From NCBI GenBank assembly GCA_944390365.1, contig CALXPW010000001.1, forward strand, positions 57,907-121,906: a DNA stretch of 64,000 nt, given 5' to 3'. Below, piece after piece: positions 40,804 to 51,043 of this stretch. The notes beneath the pieces were generated by a model. That model did not search any database. It was given only the letters and a program-made list of their open reading frames with translations, and was not told where the DNA came from. Made by a program: the position numbers and the translations under genes. Each line of letters begins with the position of its first letter. Position 1 is the first letter of the stretch. This DNA is from an uncultured Clostridia bacterium. GTDB taxonomy: Bacteria > Bacillota > Clostridia > TANB77 > CAG-508.

Positions 40804-42429
40804 TTAATATAGGGCTAATTTATTATTTAACTCTTGCATATTTGTTATTCCTCTTATTACCTTGTTTATTCCATCAACAATTAGTGGAACATAACCAGAT
40901 TTTAATGCTTCTTTTCTTATATCGATTGTAGATTTATTATCCACTATAAGAGTTCTTAGTTCATCATTTATTACTAGGATTTCAAATATACCAATTCTAC
41001 CAAGATATCCAGTATTATTACATTTTTTACAACCAAAAGTATCAAAAGTTTTTTTGCCCTCTAAATCAAATTTGATATTGTATTTTTCCCCTATCTTTGC
41101 AATATATTCTTTTTCCTGGGTTGTATAATCTCTTTCTTTTGAACAATATGGACATACTTTTCTTACCAATCTTTGTGATACTGAAGTTGCCAAAGTACTA
41201 GAAATATCGTAATTTGATACACCCATTTTTCTAAGTCTTGTTATTACTTCTATTGCATCTATTGTATGAATTGTAGATAAAACATAATGTCCTGTTTGAC
41301 CCGCTTGCATAGCTATTTCAGCAGTTTCTTGATCTCTTATCTCACCAACTAAAATTATATCAGGATCTTGCCTTAAAACTGTCCTTAATGATTCTGCAAA
41401 TGTAACCTTTGGATCTACTTCTATTTGGTTTAGACCATTTATTCTTATTTCCACTGGATCTTCTATTGTTGTAATATTTATTTCTGGTTTATTCAAATAA
41501 TCTATAATACTATATAATGTAGTAGTTTTACCTTCTCCTGTTGGTGCAGCTATAACTGTTATACTATTTTTCTTATTAAATGCATCCTTTACTAATTTTT
41601 CATCTTGTGGAAATCCTAAATCAAATATTGATTTTACATCTGCATTTTTCTTAAGCAATCTTAGAACAAATTTTTCTCCATATATATTTTTTTGTGAAGA
41701 TACACGAATGTTATAATCTGGGTACAATATAATTCTACCATCTTGCGATTCTTGTTTTTCTTGATGCATATTAGATATTGCCTTTAATCTACCTACTATT
41801 TGAGCTTGTTTTTCCTTACTTATATTAGCTGCATCAATTAATACACCATCAATTCTATATCTTACTCTCATATTTTCTTGCATTGGCTCTATATGAATAT
41901 CGCTTGCTCTTTTTTCCATAGCTGTTTTTATAACACTATCTATAAAACTAGAAACATCAGCATTAACATCTATACTTTCAGAACTTCCTGCAAAAGAATT
42001 TAGTATTAAATCTATATTTGTTTCGAAAGTAATATATTTTTCCATTATAAGACCTTTATTCAAAAGTAAAAGTCTTACTGTTTCAACAGCTCTTCTATTT
42101 GAAGTATCTGCAAAACAAACTTTTATTTTTCCATTTGACTCTTCAAAAGGTATTGCTTTATATTGTTTTGCAATGTCTAAAGAAATATAATCAAGTATAT
42201 TTACTTTTATATCTGATTCTTTTAAGTATATTGCTTTTTCATCTAGTATTTCTCCCATTGCATTTATTAATACATAGGGGTCACAAAGTCTTAAAATATT
42301 TAATATATCTCCTATTTTTTTCTTAGGTTCTGCTTTTTGGTAGTCTAATGCTCTTTCAATATCTTCTTCTGTTACAATCCCTCTTTTTACTAGCTCTATT
42401 CCTAATGGTTGTCTTTTTTTTGAATCCAT
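40804..42429 (-). CDS. pilB: Type IV pilus assembly ATPase PilB (GspE family)
   Basis: 541 aa with an N-terminal GSPII domain, Walker A APTGEGKTTT, a CxxC...CxxC zinc motif and Asp/His boxes. Confidence 0.85.
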   Translation of the reverse strand: MDSKKRQPLGIELVKRGIVTEEDIERALDYQKAEPKKKIGDILNILRLCDPYVLINAMGEILDEKAIYLKESDIKVNILDYISLDIAKQYKAIPFEESNGKIKVCFADTSNRRAVETVRLLLLNKGLIMEKYITFETNIDLILNSFAGSSESIDVNADVSSFIDSVIKTAMEKRASDIHIEPMQENMRVRYRIDGVLIDAANISKEKQAQIVGRLKAISNMHQEKQESQDGRIILYPDYNIRVSSQKNIYGEKFVLRLLKKNADVKSIFDLGFPQDEKLVKDAFNKKNSITVIAAPTGEGKTTTLYSIIDYLNKPEINITTIEDPVEIRINGLNQIEVDPKVTFAESLRTVLRQDPDIILVGEIRDQETAEIAMQAGQTGHYVLSTIHTIDAIEVITRLRKMGVSNYDISSTLATSVSQRLVRKVCPYCSKERDYTTQEKEYIAKIGEKYNIKFDLEGKKTFDTFGCKKCNNTGYLGRIGIFEILVINDELRTLIVDNKSTIDIRKEALKSGYVPLIVDGINKVIRGITNMQELNNKLALY

Positions 42430-42490
42430 AGAACTTCTCCTTTCATTTGTTATTTATATATTTATATTATTTGCATTTTTATAAAGATTA

Positions 42491-42940
42491 TTACCAATAT
42501 CTTAAGGTAAAATCTACATCTTGCATTACAGATCTATTATCACTCTTTCCAATTTGCATGTTAACATTAATAATGTTCTTACTCATTGTTCCAACCTTGT
42601 ATGGTTCTTCTTCTGTAAAAGTACATTTCATTATATATTCTGCTATTCTTAAATCATTTCTATATATTGCTCCATCTTTAAATGTATATGTAGGTCCGTT
42701 TTCAAATTCTATTGTTGTATCTGTTACTGTTGCAGAACTATAGTTTTTTATATCAGCTACAAAGAACATTGTAAATTTATTAAATTCACCTAAATATTTA
42801 GGAGTATCTAGTACTTCTCCAATGTTTCCATAAAAGTAAGTGCTCATTGTGGTCATTGCTGCCATAACTATTGAAAGAGCTAAAATATATATAACAAGTG
42901 ATGTTAAGGTAATACCTTTTTGATTAGTTTTAATTTGCAT
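42491..42940 (-). CDS. Pilin-like protein (prepilin-type N-terminus KG|ITLTS, lacks Glu5)
   Basis: A class III signal-peptide-like N-terminus followed by a hydrophobic helix. 149 aa. Confidence 0.5.
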   Translation of the reverse strand: MQIKTNQKGITLTSLVIYILALSIVMAAMTTMSTYFYGNIGEVLDTPKYLGEFNKFTMFFVADIKNYSSATVTDTTIEFENGPTYTFKDGAIYRNDLRIAEYIMKCTFTEEEPYKVGTMSKNIINVNMQIGKSDNRSVMQDVDFTLRYW

Positions 42941-42969
42941 TTAACTTTAAGCACTCCTTTCTAAAATAA

Positions 42970-43389
42970 TTACATTTCTTTTATTTTTAGTCTTTGTACT
43001 TTATATTCTGTCGTTTCATCATCAAATTTATAACTTACCTTTAAATTTACTATTTTTATAACATCTTCCAAGTTTTCACCATAGTCCGAAAATTGTAAGT
43101 CTATATTAAATCCTGCTGGAATTGAGAATTTTTCTTTATAATATTTACCATCTGTATTTTGAGCATCTTCATATGAAATTTTATCAATATCTTCTAATAT
43201 CTCTACCGCATAACTTGTCATTTGTGCCATTAGTCTTGTTTGCATATTTGTTTTATACACATACGTCATTAGTCCTGCAATTGTTCCAATAAAAATTGTT
43301 AATATTAAGCAACCAGCAAGTAAGTCTTGCATAGTAAAACCATTTTCTGATTTTAACTTAAATTTTATTCTTTGTATAATTTTTTTCAT
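42970..43389 (-). CDS. Pilin-like protein (G|FTMQD, Asp at +5)
   Basis: MKKIIQRIKFKLKSENG|FTMQDLLAGCLIL.... The start is taken at MKK (43389) to avoid overlap with pilD. Confidence 0.5.
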   Translation of the reverse strand: MKKIIQRIKFKLKSENGFTMQDLLAGCLILTIFIGTIAGLMTYVYKTNMQTRLMAQMTSYAVEILEDIDKISYEDAQNTDGKYYKEKFSIPAGFNIDLQFSDYGENLEDVIKIVNLKVSYKFDDETTEYKVQRLKIKEM

Positions 43390-43403
43390 CATATCACCTA
43401 AAT

Positions 43404-44219
43404 TTATAAATAAAATATCATAAAGTTTGTCGCAAGTAACACAATTATATTCGCTACACACATATAAAATCCTATTGGAATTTTCTCATTCTCTACTTTA
43501 ACTTTTTTTACTACTTTGCTGTTTTTCTTGTGTAGTTTACATATTATTAATTGTATTGACGTAGCAAGTAATGTAATTATAACTGTACCAATATAAACAG
43601 TTTCATATGTAAATAGAACCATCAGCATTGATAATATTAGTATATCTATTGCATAACTATCTTGACCTTTTTTTCGTAAATATCCAATACTAAACAGTAA
43701 TAATAAGCATGATAGTATTAAATAAATGACATATCCATAGATACTAGGATCATTTTCTATTATATATAGATATATCATATATATTGCAACACAAATAAAG
43801 CCAAATAAAAGAACTGGCTTTTCTATTCTTATTCTTTCTTTATCAATTCCTGCAATAATAAATAGTGTTGCTAAATACAATGCTCCAACTATTAAATATA
43901 TAACAGTCTTGCTATTCATTGAAAATATACTTAATTTTATAGATAATGCAAATAATACAAAAACTAAACCAGATAATATTTCTAATAGCAAATATCTTAT
44001 TCTTATTTTTTCTTTACAATATCTACATTTTCCACCTAAAAAAGCATAACTGAATATAGGAATCATATCCCAAAAACCTAATTTATGTTTGCATTTTGGA
44101 CAATATGAACGTGTATGTGTTATATCTTGTCCTATAGGTATTCTATATACTGCTAGTGTAAAAAAGCTACCAAATAATGCACCTATGCAAAATATTAGTA
44201 AATATAATATATAGTCCAT
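43404..44219 (-). CDS. pilD: Prepilin peptidase PilD (A24 family)
   Basis: N-terminal zinc-binding CPKCKH...CRYC. Polytopic membrane peptidase, 271 aa. Confidence 0.85.
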   Translation of the reverse strand: MDYILYLLIFCIGALFGSFFTLAVYRIPIGQDITHTRSYCPKCKHKLGFWDMIPIFSYAFLGGKCRYCKEKIRIRYLLLEILSGLVFVLFALSIKLSIFSMNSKTVIYLIVGALYLATLFIIAGIDKERIRIEKPVLLFGFICVAIYMIYLYIIENDPSIYGYVIYLILSCLLLLFSIGYLRKKGQDSYAIDILILSMLMVLFTYETVYIGTVIITLLATSIQLIICKLHKKNSKVVKKVKVENEKIPIGFYMCVANIIVLLATNFMIFYL

Positions 44220-44351
44220 ATGCCCTCCTTATTTTTAAAATAGAGGTTATACTTAAAATATAATTATATATTTTAAATTATATTTGACAAGTAATAACCT
44301 CTTTTATTATAGTTTAAAGAAATTTTAAACCGTTTAAAACTTTTCAAAAAA

Positions 44352-44579
44352 TTAATCTCCACTGTATTTTTCTATTAGATTTGCAAATGATGAATCTATA
44401 AGATTTAAAGTTCTTTGTTCTGTTTCTGCTGATTCTTTATACATATCAGCACCTTGTTGTGCTCTATCAAATAGTCCTCCATTTACTGCAAATGAGATAG
44501 ATACTGTTGCTAAAATTATTAATATAACTATTGTTATAACTAAAGCAACTAAAGTAATACCTTTTTCACTTTTAAACAT
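44352..44579 (-). CDS. Short pilin-like protein (KG|ITLVA, 75 aa)
   Basis: Prepilin-type leader plus a hydrophobic helix. Short for a major pilin. Confidence 0.45.
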   Translation of the reverse strand: MFKSEKGITLVALVITIVILIILATVSISFAVNGGLFDRAQQGADMYKESAETEQRTLNLIDSSFANLIEKYSGD

Positions 44580-44660
44580 AAAAAACTCCTCCTTTAAAAT
44601 TTTTGTGTATATCTATATAAAATAAATATAACCTAAGTTACTTATGAATTAAATATATTA

Positions 44661-45098
44661 CTATTTAATTCCTTCCTCATTAAAAAATGTTCCTGTTGAA
44701 TTTTTATCTACTGTATCTGAATTATTATTATCATTATTATTGTTATTATTTCCAGTGCCATTTGCACTGTTTTCTTCATTTGTATTATTTGGATCTGTTG
44801 TACTTTCTAAAGCAAATGGATTTGCCTTTCCTTCTGAATAACTACCTGTTTGCTTATATATATTTAAATCTGCATCTGTAACTTCATAAGTTACTTCGAT
44901 TTTTTCTGATTCTGTTATTTCTTCATCTATTTCATTTTTTACTTCATCAGGCGTACTATAAGCTTCTGGTTGTGGTACAACTCTATTTATAGGAATATAG
45001 TCATAAAACAGTATTCCTAATATTAATAATATGGCTATACTTAATAGTAATATTATAAAAATTTCTTTTATTACTGATTTTAGCATATTTTCCTCCAT
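44661..45098 (-). CDS. Hypothetical membrane-anchored, Asn-rich protein in the pilus cluster
   Basis: One TM helix and a low-complexity Asn/Asp tail. Confidence 0.4.
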   Translation of the reverse strand: MEENMLKSVIKEIFIILLLSIAILLILGILFYDYIPINRVVPQPEAYSTPDEVKNEIDEEITESEKIEVTYEVTDADLNIYKQTGSYSEGKANPFALESTTDPNNTNEENSANGTGNNNNNNDNNNSDTVDKNSTGTFFNEEGIK

Positions 45099-45103
45099 TT
45101 CTT

Positions 45104-45763
45104 TTATTGTGCAACATTGTTTGGATTTTCTTGATTTTGTATATCTGCTTGTGCATTATCATTAACTGATACTGTTGTATTCTCTATTTTAATTCTAACT
45201 CCTGTTACGTTAAATGTTGCTTGTAAATTGTCTTCAGAAGATGGTGTCATATGAAAATCCTCAATTCTAAAATCAAGTTCACTGTCATCTTCTAATGCAG
45301 ATATAAAGTCCATTATTGCAAAATATTGTCCTACTAGTGTAAAATCCAAATTCTTTGTAACTTCATCTCCTGCATCACCAGTTTTTACATTCATTGTCAA
45401 ATTAACGCCTTCTGTTCTAGCATATCTACCAATTTTTATACTCAAATATTCATATGTGTATGTTTCTTCGGTATTTGCTCTGCTTATTTCACTTTCTGTA
45501 CTTACATTTGCTAAATTGTAATAGCTTTCCTTATTATCAAGTAAAATATCTATATTTTGTTTTAATTCAGTTTCTTTTGATTGTAAGTCACTTTTAATTT
45601 TTTTATTTGCTTCTTCTATCTTAGTTGTTAAATTGTCATTTAATTTTACAATTCCACTAGTACTTAATATTTCAAAATCTCCTATAGAAATTCCTTCAAA
45701 TATAGTGAAGTATGCCAATATTATTAGTAATATAAGTAAAATAGAAATCAATAATTTTCTCAT
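45104..45763 (-). CDS. PilO-like pilus assembly protein
   Basis: N-terminal TM helix, a coiled-coil segment, position after pilM/N. 219 aa. Confidence 0.5.
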   Translation of the reverse strand: MRKLLISILLILLIILAYFTIFEGISIGDFEILSTSGIVKLNDNLTTKIEEANKKIKSDLQSKETELKQNIDILLDNKESYYNLANVSTESEISRANTEETYTYEYLSIKIGRYARTEGVNLTMNVKTGDAGDEVTKNLDFTLVGQYFAIMDFISALEDDSELDFRIEDFHMTPSSEDNLQATFNVTGVRIKIENTTVSVNDNAQADIQNQENPNNVAQ

Positions 45764-47379
45764 GGCAAATCCCCCTCTATAACCATTTTAACAAATTCGC
45801 CCTGTTTTTCTCCTTGTGTCGAAACCACATTGGTTAATATTCCATCTTCTTTGAGTTTTGCTTTGAAATATCCAAGTTCATCATAATATTGTGATTGTGC
45901 ATATATTACAATATGTCTATCTTCATTATTCGATGTATTTTCAATTTCTGTTACTTGTACAGCTTTAGGTATACTAGATGCAATTTGCATAAGTAAATTT
46001 GGAATTGAACCTTTCAAACTCAAGTCATCTTCAATCTTATTGTTAATATTTCTAAGATTATTTTCCATATCTGTATATCTATTTGCTTTTTGTTTTACAC
46101 TATTTATGTCACTTTCAGCTAAAGCTATTTGAACATCTGTAAAAGAGCTTACTTCTTCTGCTTCCGCTATTTTACTATTTATTCTGTTATCTAAATAAAT
46201 TGAAAATCCAGAATATAGTAACGTAAGCATAACTACACCCATAGCACTTCTTAACAGCCATTTCTCTGTCGCGTCCAATTTTCCTTTCATGTTAAAATTA
46301 AAGTTTGTTTTTGTCTTTTTTTCTTTTTTTCCTAGACTCACATCTAATTTTAGCCAATCTGGCAATTGATCTGAAAGACTTGGCTTTTTAAAGTTCATAT
46401 TTTTTATACCATAGCCTAATCCTTGCATACCAATTGCAATAGCTGAGTTTACTTCTATATAGTCTTTGATATTTATTTTTATACTATCTTTAACAAAATA
46501 TGGTCTTAATATTTCACATTTTTCTGTTTGGAAAAATTCTTGAAAATATAAATCTATATTATTTACAACAGACATTGTCCCTGTTATATAAATTTTGTCA
46601 AATCTAATAGTGTTTGTTAATACATATTCTTGAACTTTTGTAGCTATCTTATATAATGTTGGCATTATATATTCTAGATACTCATTTTCTTCATCTTGTA
46701 ATTCTTTTCCCTCCATAGTATATATTGTTGAGTTTTTACAAATTTCATATGCTTTTGAATATGAATTTTCCTTATTTGCAATTTTATCTAATATTTTTTC
46801 TGCGCCTTCATCTAATCGTGTAACATTGTATACTTTTTGATTGACAACAGTTGTAACTGTGGTCTTGTCCTCAATGTTTACAATTATTATATTTTCTTTT
46901 GGTTTTATTGAAGCAATGTTTGTAATGCTTGTACCAACCGGAGTTATTGTAGATACTTTATATTCGCTTAATGACTGTAATGATTTTGTAATTGATGATT
47001 TATTAGAAGAAACATGAATTATTTTTAATTTGTCTTTATCCTCAGGTTCATTAGAAATTGCATATCTAGCTTCAAAAGCATTTTTATTTAACTTTTTATC
47101 ATAGCAATATGATTCAAACTCCGTATCTACTGCCTTTTTTAAATCATTTTTATTTAATAAACTGAACATGTAGAAATAATTATATGTTTCTTCAGACAAA
47201 TTTATGCTGATTGGTATATTATAACTAAAAGTTTCTGAAACTATTTGATTTAAAGCTTCTCCAATTTTGTCATAAAACTTTATGCCAAATGATTCTATCT
47301 TTAAGAGCTCACGATCTTTAGTTACTTTTGCATATTTAATTACATTGTTTTCTATATATAATCCTAAACAGCTAGTCAT
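45760..47379 (-). CDS. PilM-PilN fusion (actin-like ATPase domain plus a TM/PilN-like C-terminal region)
   Basis: N-terminal LGLYIENNVIKYAKV (PilM/FtsA-like), a mid-protein TM segment (LLRSAMGVVMLTLLYSGF) and a coiled-coil C-terminus. 539 aa. Confidence 0.65.
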   Translation of the reverse strand: MTSCLGLYIENNVIKYAKVTKDRELLKIESFGIKFYDKIGEALNQIVSETFSYNIPISINLSEETYNYFYMFSLLNKNDLKKAVDTEFESYCYDKKLNKNAFEARYAISNEPEDKDKLKIIHVSSNKSSITKSLQSLSEYKVSTITPVGTSITNIASIKPKENIIIVNIEDKTTVTTVVNQKVYNVTRLDEGAEKILDKIANKENSYSKAYEICKNSTIYTMEGKELQDEENEYLEYIMPTLYKIATKVQEYVLTNTIRFDKIYITGTMSVVNNIDLYFQEFFQTEKCEILRPYFVKDSIKINIKDYIEVNSAIAIGMQGLGYGIKNMNFKKPSLSDQLPDWLKLDVSLGKKEKKTKTNFNFNMKGKLDATEKWLLRSAMGVVMLTLLYSGFSIYLDNRINSKIAEAEEVSSFTDVQIALAESDINSVKQKANRYTDMENNLRNINNKIEDDLSLKGSIPNLLMQIASSIPKAVQVTEIENTSNNEDRHIVIYAQSQYYDELGYFKAKLKEDGILTNVVSTQGEKQGEFVKMVIEGDLP

Positions 47380-47671
47380 TTTATTCTCCTTCGTTTTTTA
47401 TTTGTAACATTATTATGTTTTACAAAATGTAACAAATAATACTTGTATTTTTTTCCTTCTTAAAAATTTCTACATTATTTTTTACAGTTCTGCTATTATT
47501 TTATCTTTTTTTATTAAAAAGTCAATATGCATTTATACGATTTAATATAAATGTAATATTCTTGTAATATTTTTGTAATATTTCTTTTGTTTTTTATAAA
47601 ATTTTCATAAAAAAAGAATATAAAATTACAACTAATCTATTGTAATAATATATCCCTTTTTGTCATTTTTA

Positions 47672-48523
47672 TTATACTAAGCAAAAATATAATAAAACTA
47701 TTATTCCTAATATAATTCTGTAGTACCCAAACACTTTGAAGTCATGTTTTTTAATGTAATTCATTAAGAACTTAATTACAAACATCGATATAATAAACGA
47801 TACTAGCATTCCAATTACTAATATTACTATCTCAGCAGTTGTAAATGCTAATCCGAATTTTAAAACTTTAAGTAAGCTTGCTCCTAGCATAGTTGGAATA
47901 GCTAAGTAAAATGTAAATTCTGCAGCATTTGCTCTTGATAGTCCAATTAGTAAGCCTCCAATAATTGTTGCTCCCGAACGTGAAGTTCCTGGAAATATTG
48001 CAGCTAGCAACTGAAATATACCTATTATCAATGCATCTTTATATGTAATTTCAGAATTTTTATCTTTGCCACCTCTTTTATTTTTATTCCAGTTTTCTAC
48101 TACAATAAAAGCTACGCCAAAAACAATTAAAGCAATTGCTATACATGTTGGATTATAAAATAATTCTTCAAAAATTTCATCAAACAAAATTCCTATAATA
48201 GCTGCTGGTATGCAGGCAACTAAGATTTTGCCCCACAAATTCATAATGTTTTTATCAAAAAAAGATAAAATTCCTTTTGGTTTAATTGCTTTTTCTTTGT
48301 TTTTTGTAAATGGCCATATTTTTTTAAAATATATTAGTATAACAGCAAAAATAGCTCCTAGTTGAATAACTACCTGAAACATTGACCAAAATTCTGGTGA
48401 AACATTTTCAAATTTTATAAATTGTTCTGCTAAAATTAAATGTCCTGTACTGCTTATAGGTAACCATTCTGTTATTCCTTCTATAATTCCAAATATAATT
48501 GATTTTACAATATCTAAAAACAT
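47672..48523 (-). CDS. uppP: Undecaprenyl-diphosphate phosphatase
   Basis: The BacA signatures TSRSGATIIGGLLIG and PGTSRSG are present. 283 aa. Confidence 0.9.
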   Translation of the reverse strand: MFLDIVKSIIFGIIEGITEWLPISSTGHLILAEQFIKFENVSPEFWSMFQVVIQLGAIFAVILIYFKKIWPFTKNKEKAIKPKGILSFFDKNIMNLWGKILVACIPAAIIGILFDEIFEELFYNPTCIAIALIVFGVAFIVVENWNKNKRGGKDKNSEITYKDALIIGIFQLLAAIFPGTSRSGATIIGGLLIGLSRANAAEFTFYLAIPTMLGASLLKVLKFGLAFTTAEIVILVIGMLVSFIISMFVIKFLMNYIKKHDFKVFGYYRIILGIIVLLYFCLV

Positions 48524-48582
48524 ATCTTACTCCTTTTCTTTTTTACTTTTTGTATTATATCATATATTATTTTTATAATATA

Positions 48583-49494
48583 TTAAAATTTTATTAATTT
48601 ATCAATTGTTTCTTTTATATACCTTCCTGCTGTCTTTGGCATTTCTTTCCCTGGGATTCCTAAAGCAGTTATTACTTTTAATCCAAGCTTTTGTGCACTT
48701 GCTTTGTCAATTCCTCCTGGATTCGATGCCACATCTATTATTAAAACATTTTTATTAAATAATTTTAATTGTTCTTCTGTTAATACAATATGTGGTACTG
48801 TGTTAATTATTATATCAAATCTATCAGAGAATCTTGGCAATTCTGAATATAATAATGGAATATACCTTTTTTCTCTTATCCATGCCAAATCGCTTTCTTT
48901 TCGTGCTACACAATAAACATTAGCACCTAATTTGCTGAACCTATCACATAATATTTTTCCAATTCGTCCAAATCCACATATTAGCACATTGCTTTCATGT
49001 ATTGTCTCTTCTCTTTCTTCTATTGCTATTTTTATTGTGCCTTCTACTGTTGGAATAGTATTTAAAATAGTAAGTTCTTCTATTTCTAATAAATCTACTA
49101 AATCTATGTTTTCTAATTTTTTTGTTTCTTTTTCTATATAGTAGTTTTTAGGAATTCCTCCTGCAAAAAATTTTTTATTAGAATTTTCTTTAAAAAGCAT
49201 ATTCTTTAATTCTTCCAATTTAATTTCTTTATTTGCAAATGGAGCATTTACAGTAATATTGTCTTTTGTAAAAGGCATGCCACTTACAATGTAATTTGAA
49301 TTTTTAATAGTCTCTTCTATGCTGTTGCATAAAAAAATGTTGTTGTACTCTGCTTCTTCTATTTTTTTGTTATAGCCTTTTCCATTATCATAATATTTTT
49401 CTACACCATAAGTGTAAACGTTGTATTCTTCTGTTGCATACATCTCTGCAAGTCTTACAATTCGTAAATCTCCACCTATTATTGATATATTCAT
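48583..49494 (-). CDS. dpaA: Dipicolinate synthase subunit A homologue (SpoVFA/DpaA-like)
   Basis: IIGGDLR, NTIPTVEGTI, ICGFGRIGK...LGANV, INTVP, IIDVASNPGG and ALGIPGKEMPKTAG each align with B. subtilis SpoVFA motifs. No DpaB homologue is adjacent. Confidence 0.7.
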   Translation of the reverse strand: MNISIIGGDLRIVRLAEMYATEEYNVYTYGVEKYYDNGKGYNKKIEEAEYNNIFLCNSIEETIKNSNYIVSGMPFTKDNITVNAPFANKEIKLEELKNMLFKENSNKKFFAGGIPKNYYIEKETKKLENIDLVDLLEIEELTILNTIPTVEGTIKIAIEEREETIHESNVLICGFGRIGKILCDRFSKLGANVYCVARKESDLAWIREKRYIPLLYSELPRFSDRFDIIINTVPHIVLTEEQLKLFNKNVLIIDVASNPGGIDKASAQKLGLKVITALGIPGKEMPKTAGRYIKETIDKLIKF

Positions 49495-49542
49495 AAAATC
49501 ATCAGCCTCCTATAATTTTATTATATGATGGAGGTTCTATTT

Positions 49543-49695
49543 AAGACCGGGCAAAGTATGTATTTTTTACTTTTGGTTGAAGTTCTTAAGGTGGGGACCG
49601 ACAAGCTTACAAACTGTAAAACGAAGTTTGTACAGTTTGTGCGATGTTGGGGGAACGTAAACCAAAAGTAAAAAATACATACTTTGCCCGGTCTT
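49543..49695 (+). repeat. Palindromic repeat family 1, copy D (perfect 36-bp TIRs, shortened loop)
   Basis: AAGACCGGGCAAAGTATGTATTTTTTACTTTTGGTT and its exact reverse complement flank the core GAAGTTCTTAAGGTGGGGACCGACAAGCTTACAAACTGT...ACAGTTTGTGCGATGTTGGGGGAACG. Confidence 0.85.
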
Positions 49696-49709
49696 GATTA
49701 AAATAGATA

Positions 49710-50915
49710 CTAGCCTCTTTGCTTTTCGTTCTTTTCTATTTCTTTTTGCTTCAAATTCTTCATCATAGTTAAGTCATCATTGTTAAGTTCACTAATTAAA
49801 GAACAAGTTTTAGATAAATGATTTAATGCTTTACGTTCTTTTAACAATAACTTAGTTTGCTTCTTTTCCTCCATTTGTACTTTTTCAGGTTTTTTTATTT
49901 CGTTTTTTATTGGTGTAAAGACTGTTTCTTTTTGCGCTTTTTTATATATTTTAGGGTCTAATTCTACTGCTATGTTCATATAATTTGTTGCTTTTTCTTT
50001 ATCACCTTTTAGCATGGCTACTTGTGATAAATAATAATATGAACCTGCTTCTACATCTTCTCCCTTTAAACTTTCTTTAAAATATTGCTCTGCTTCGTCC
50101 AAGTCGCCTGCAATTAGTGCAATTTGTCCTATACTTAATTTTGCATTGTATAATAGCGAATTTATTTCTGCAGCCTTCTCATAAAATTCTTTTGCCCTTT
50201 GGAAGTCATTTGTCATTGTAAATACAATTCCTAAATTATAATACAAATCATAATTTCCTGGATTATATCTTAAGGCATTCATATATACATTTATTGCCTC
50301 TTTATATCTTTCATTTGCACATAAAACATCTCCAAGTAAATTAGTTGCTTCATAATATTCTGGATTCTTTTTTAGTATATCCTGTAATACAGTTATTGCC
50401 TCTTCTGACCTCTCTGTTTTGCTTAAAAGTCTTGCTATATTATAATTTAATTTAATATCTTTATTGTTTATTTCTGTAGCACGTATGTATTCGTCTACTG
50501 CTACTGAATATTTTTCTTCCTTTTCATATACCTCTGCTAAAGTTTTATGTCCAATGTAGCTTTCAGGATATTTATTTATTAGCTTAAACAAATAATCTTT
50601 TGCTTTTTCTGTATTGCCAGAGTGTAATGCAATTTTAGCTAAAATAATATTTAGCATTTCTGGAAAATCCATTTTTGTTTTATATTCGGCTAATAGTATA
50701 ACTCCTGGTATTACTATTGCAAGAATATACATTATTATTTTAAAGAAAATGTTAAAGGTAACATTTGAAAGTAGTTCTATAAAATTTATTACTATGCCAA
50801 TAAATTCTAATACCAAGATGTATACGTAACTTGTATCATTTTTCTTAATAAATCTTCCAAAAACAATTATAAAAATAGTAAATGCTAGTAGATTAAAAAT
50901 AATTTTTTCTATCAT
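49710..50915 (-). CDS. TPR-repeat membrane protein
   Basis: Two N-terminal TM helices and multiple TPR repeats. 401 aa. Confidence 0.7.
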   Translation of the reverse strand: MIEKIIFNLLAFTIFIIVFGRFIKKNDTSYVYILVLEFIGIVINFIELLSNVTFNIFFKIIMYILAIVIPGVILLAEYKTKMDFPEMLNIILAKIALHSGNTEKAKDYLFKLINKYPESYIGHKTLAEVYEKEEKYSVAVDEYIRATEINNKDIKLNYNIARLLSKTERSEEAITVLQDILKKNPEYYEATNLLGDVLCANERYKEAINVYMNALRYNPGNYDLYYNLGIVFTMTNDFQRAKEFYEKAAEINSLLYNAKLSIGQIALIAGDLDEAEQYFKESLKGEDVEAGSYYYLSQVAMLKGDKEKATNYMNIAVELDPKIYKKAQKETVFTPIKNEIKKPEKVQMEEKKQTKLLLKERKALNHLSKTCSLISELNNDDLTMMKNLKQKEIEKNEKQRG

Positions 50916-50947
50916 ATCTTTTCACCACCTTGCAACCGTGGACAAAG

Positions 50948-50979
50948 GGGACTACTGCCTTTTGTCCACATATATTTTA
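50948..50979. repeat. Copy 2 of the GTGGACAA-RRGGGACTACTGCCTT-TTGTCCAC hairpin (5' region of the TPR gene)
   Basis: 33 of 35 bases are identical to 30346..30380. A further half-related hairpin GTGGACAA-aaagagcttctta-TTGTCCAA lies at 51036..51063 overlapping the ppa stop. Confidence 0.7.
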
Positions 50980-51043
50980 TTACTTTTTATGCCTATTCTT
51001 ATTTTTTAATTTTCTATTTAATCGTGTGGACAAAAAGAGCTTC

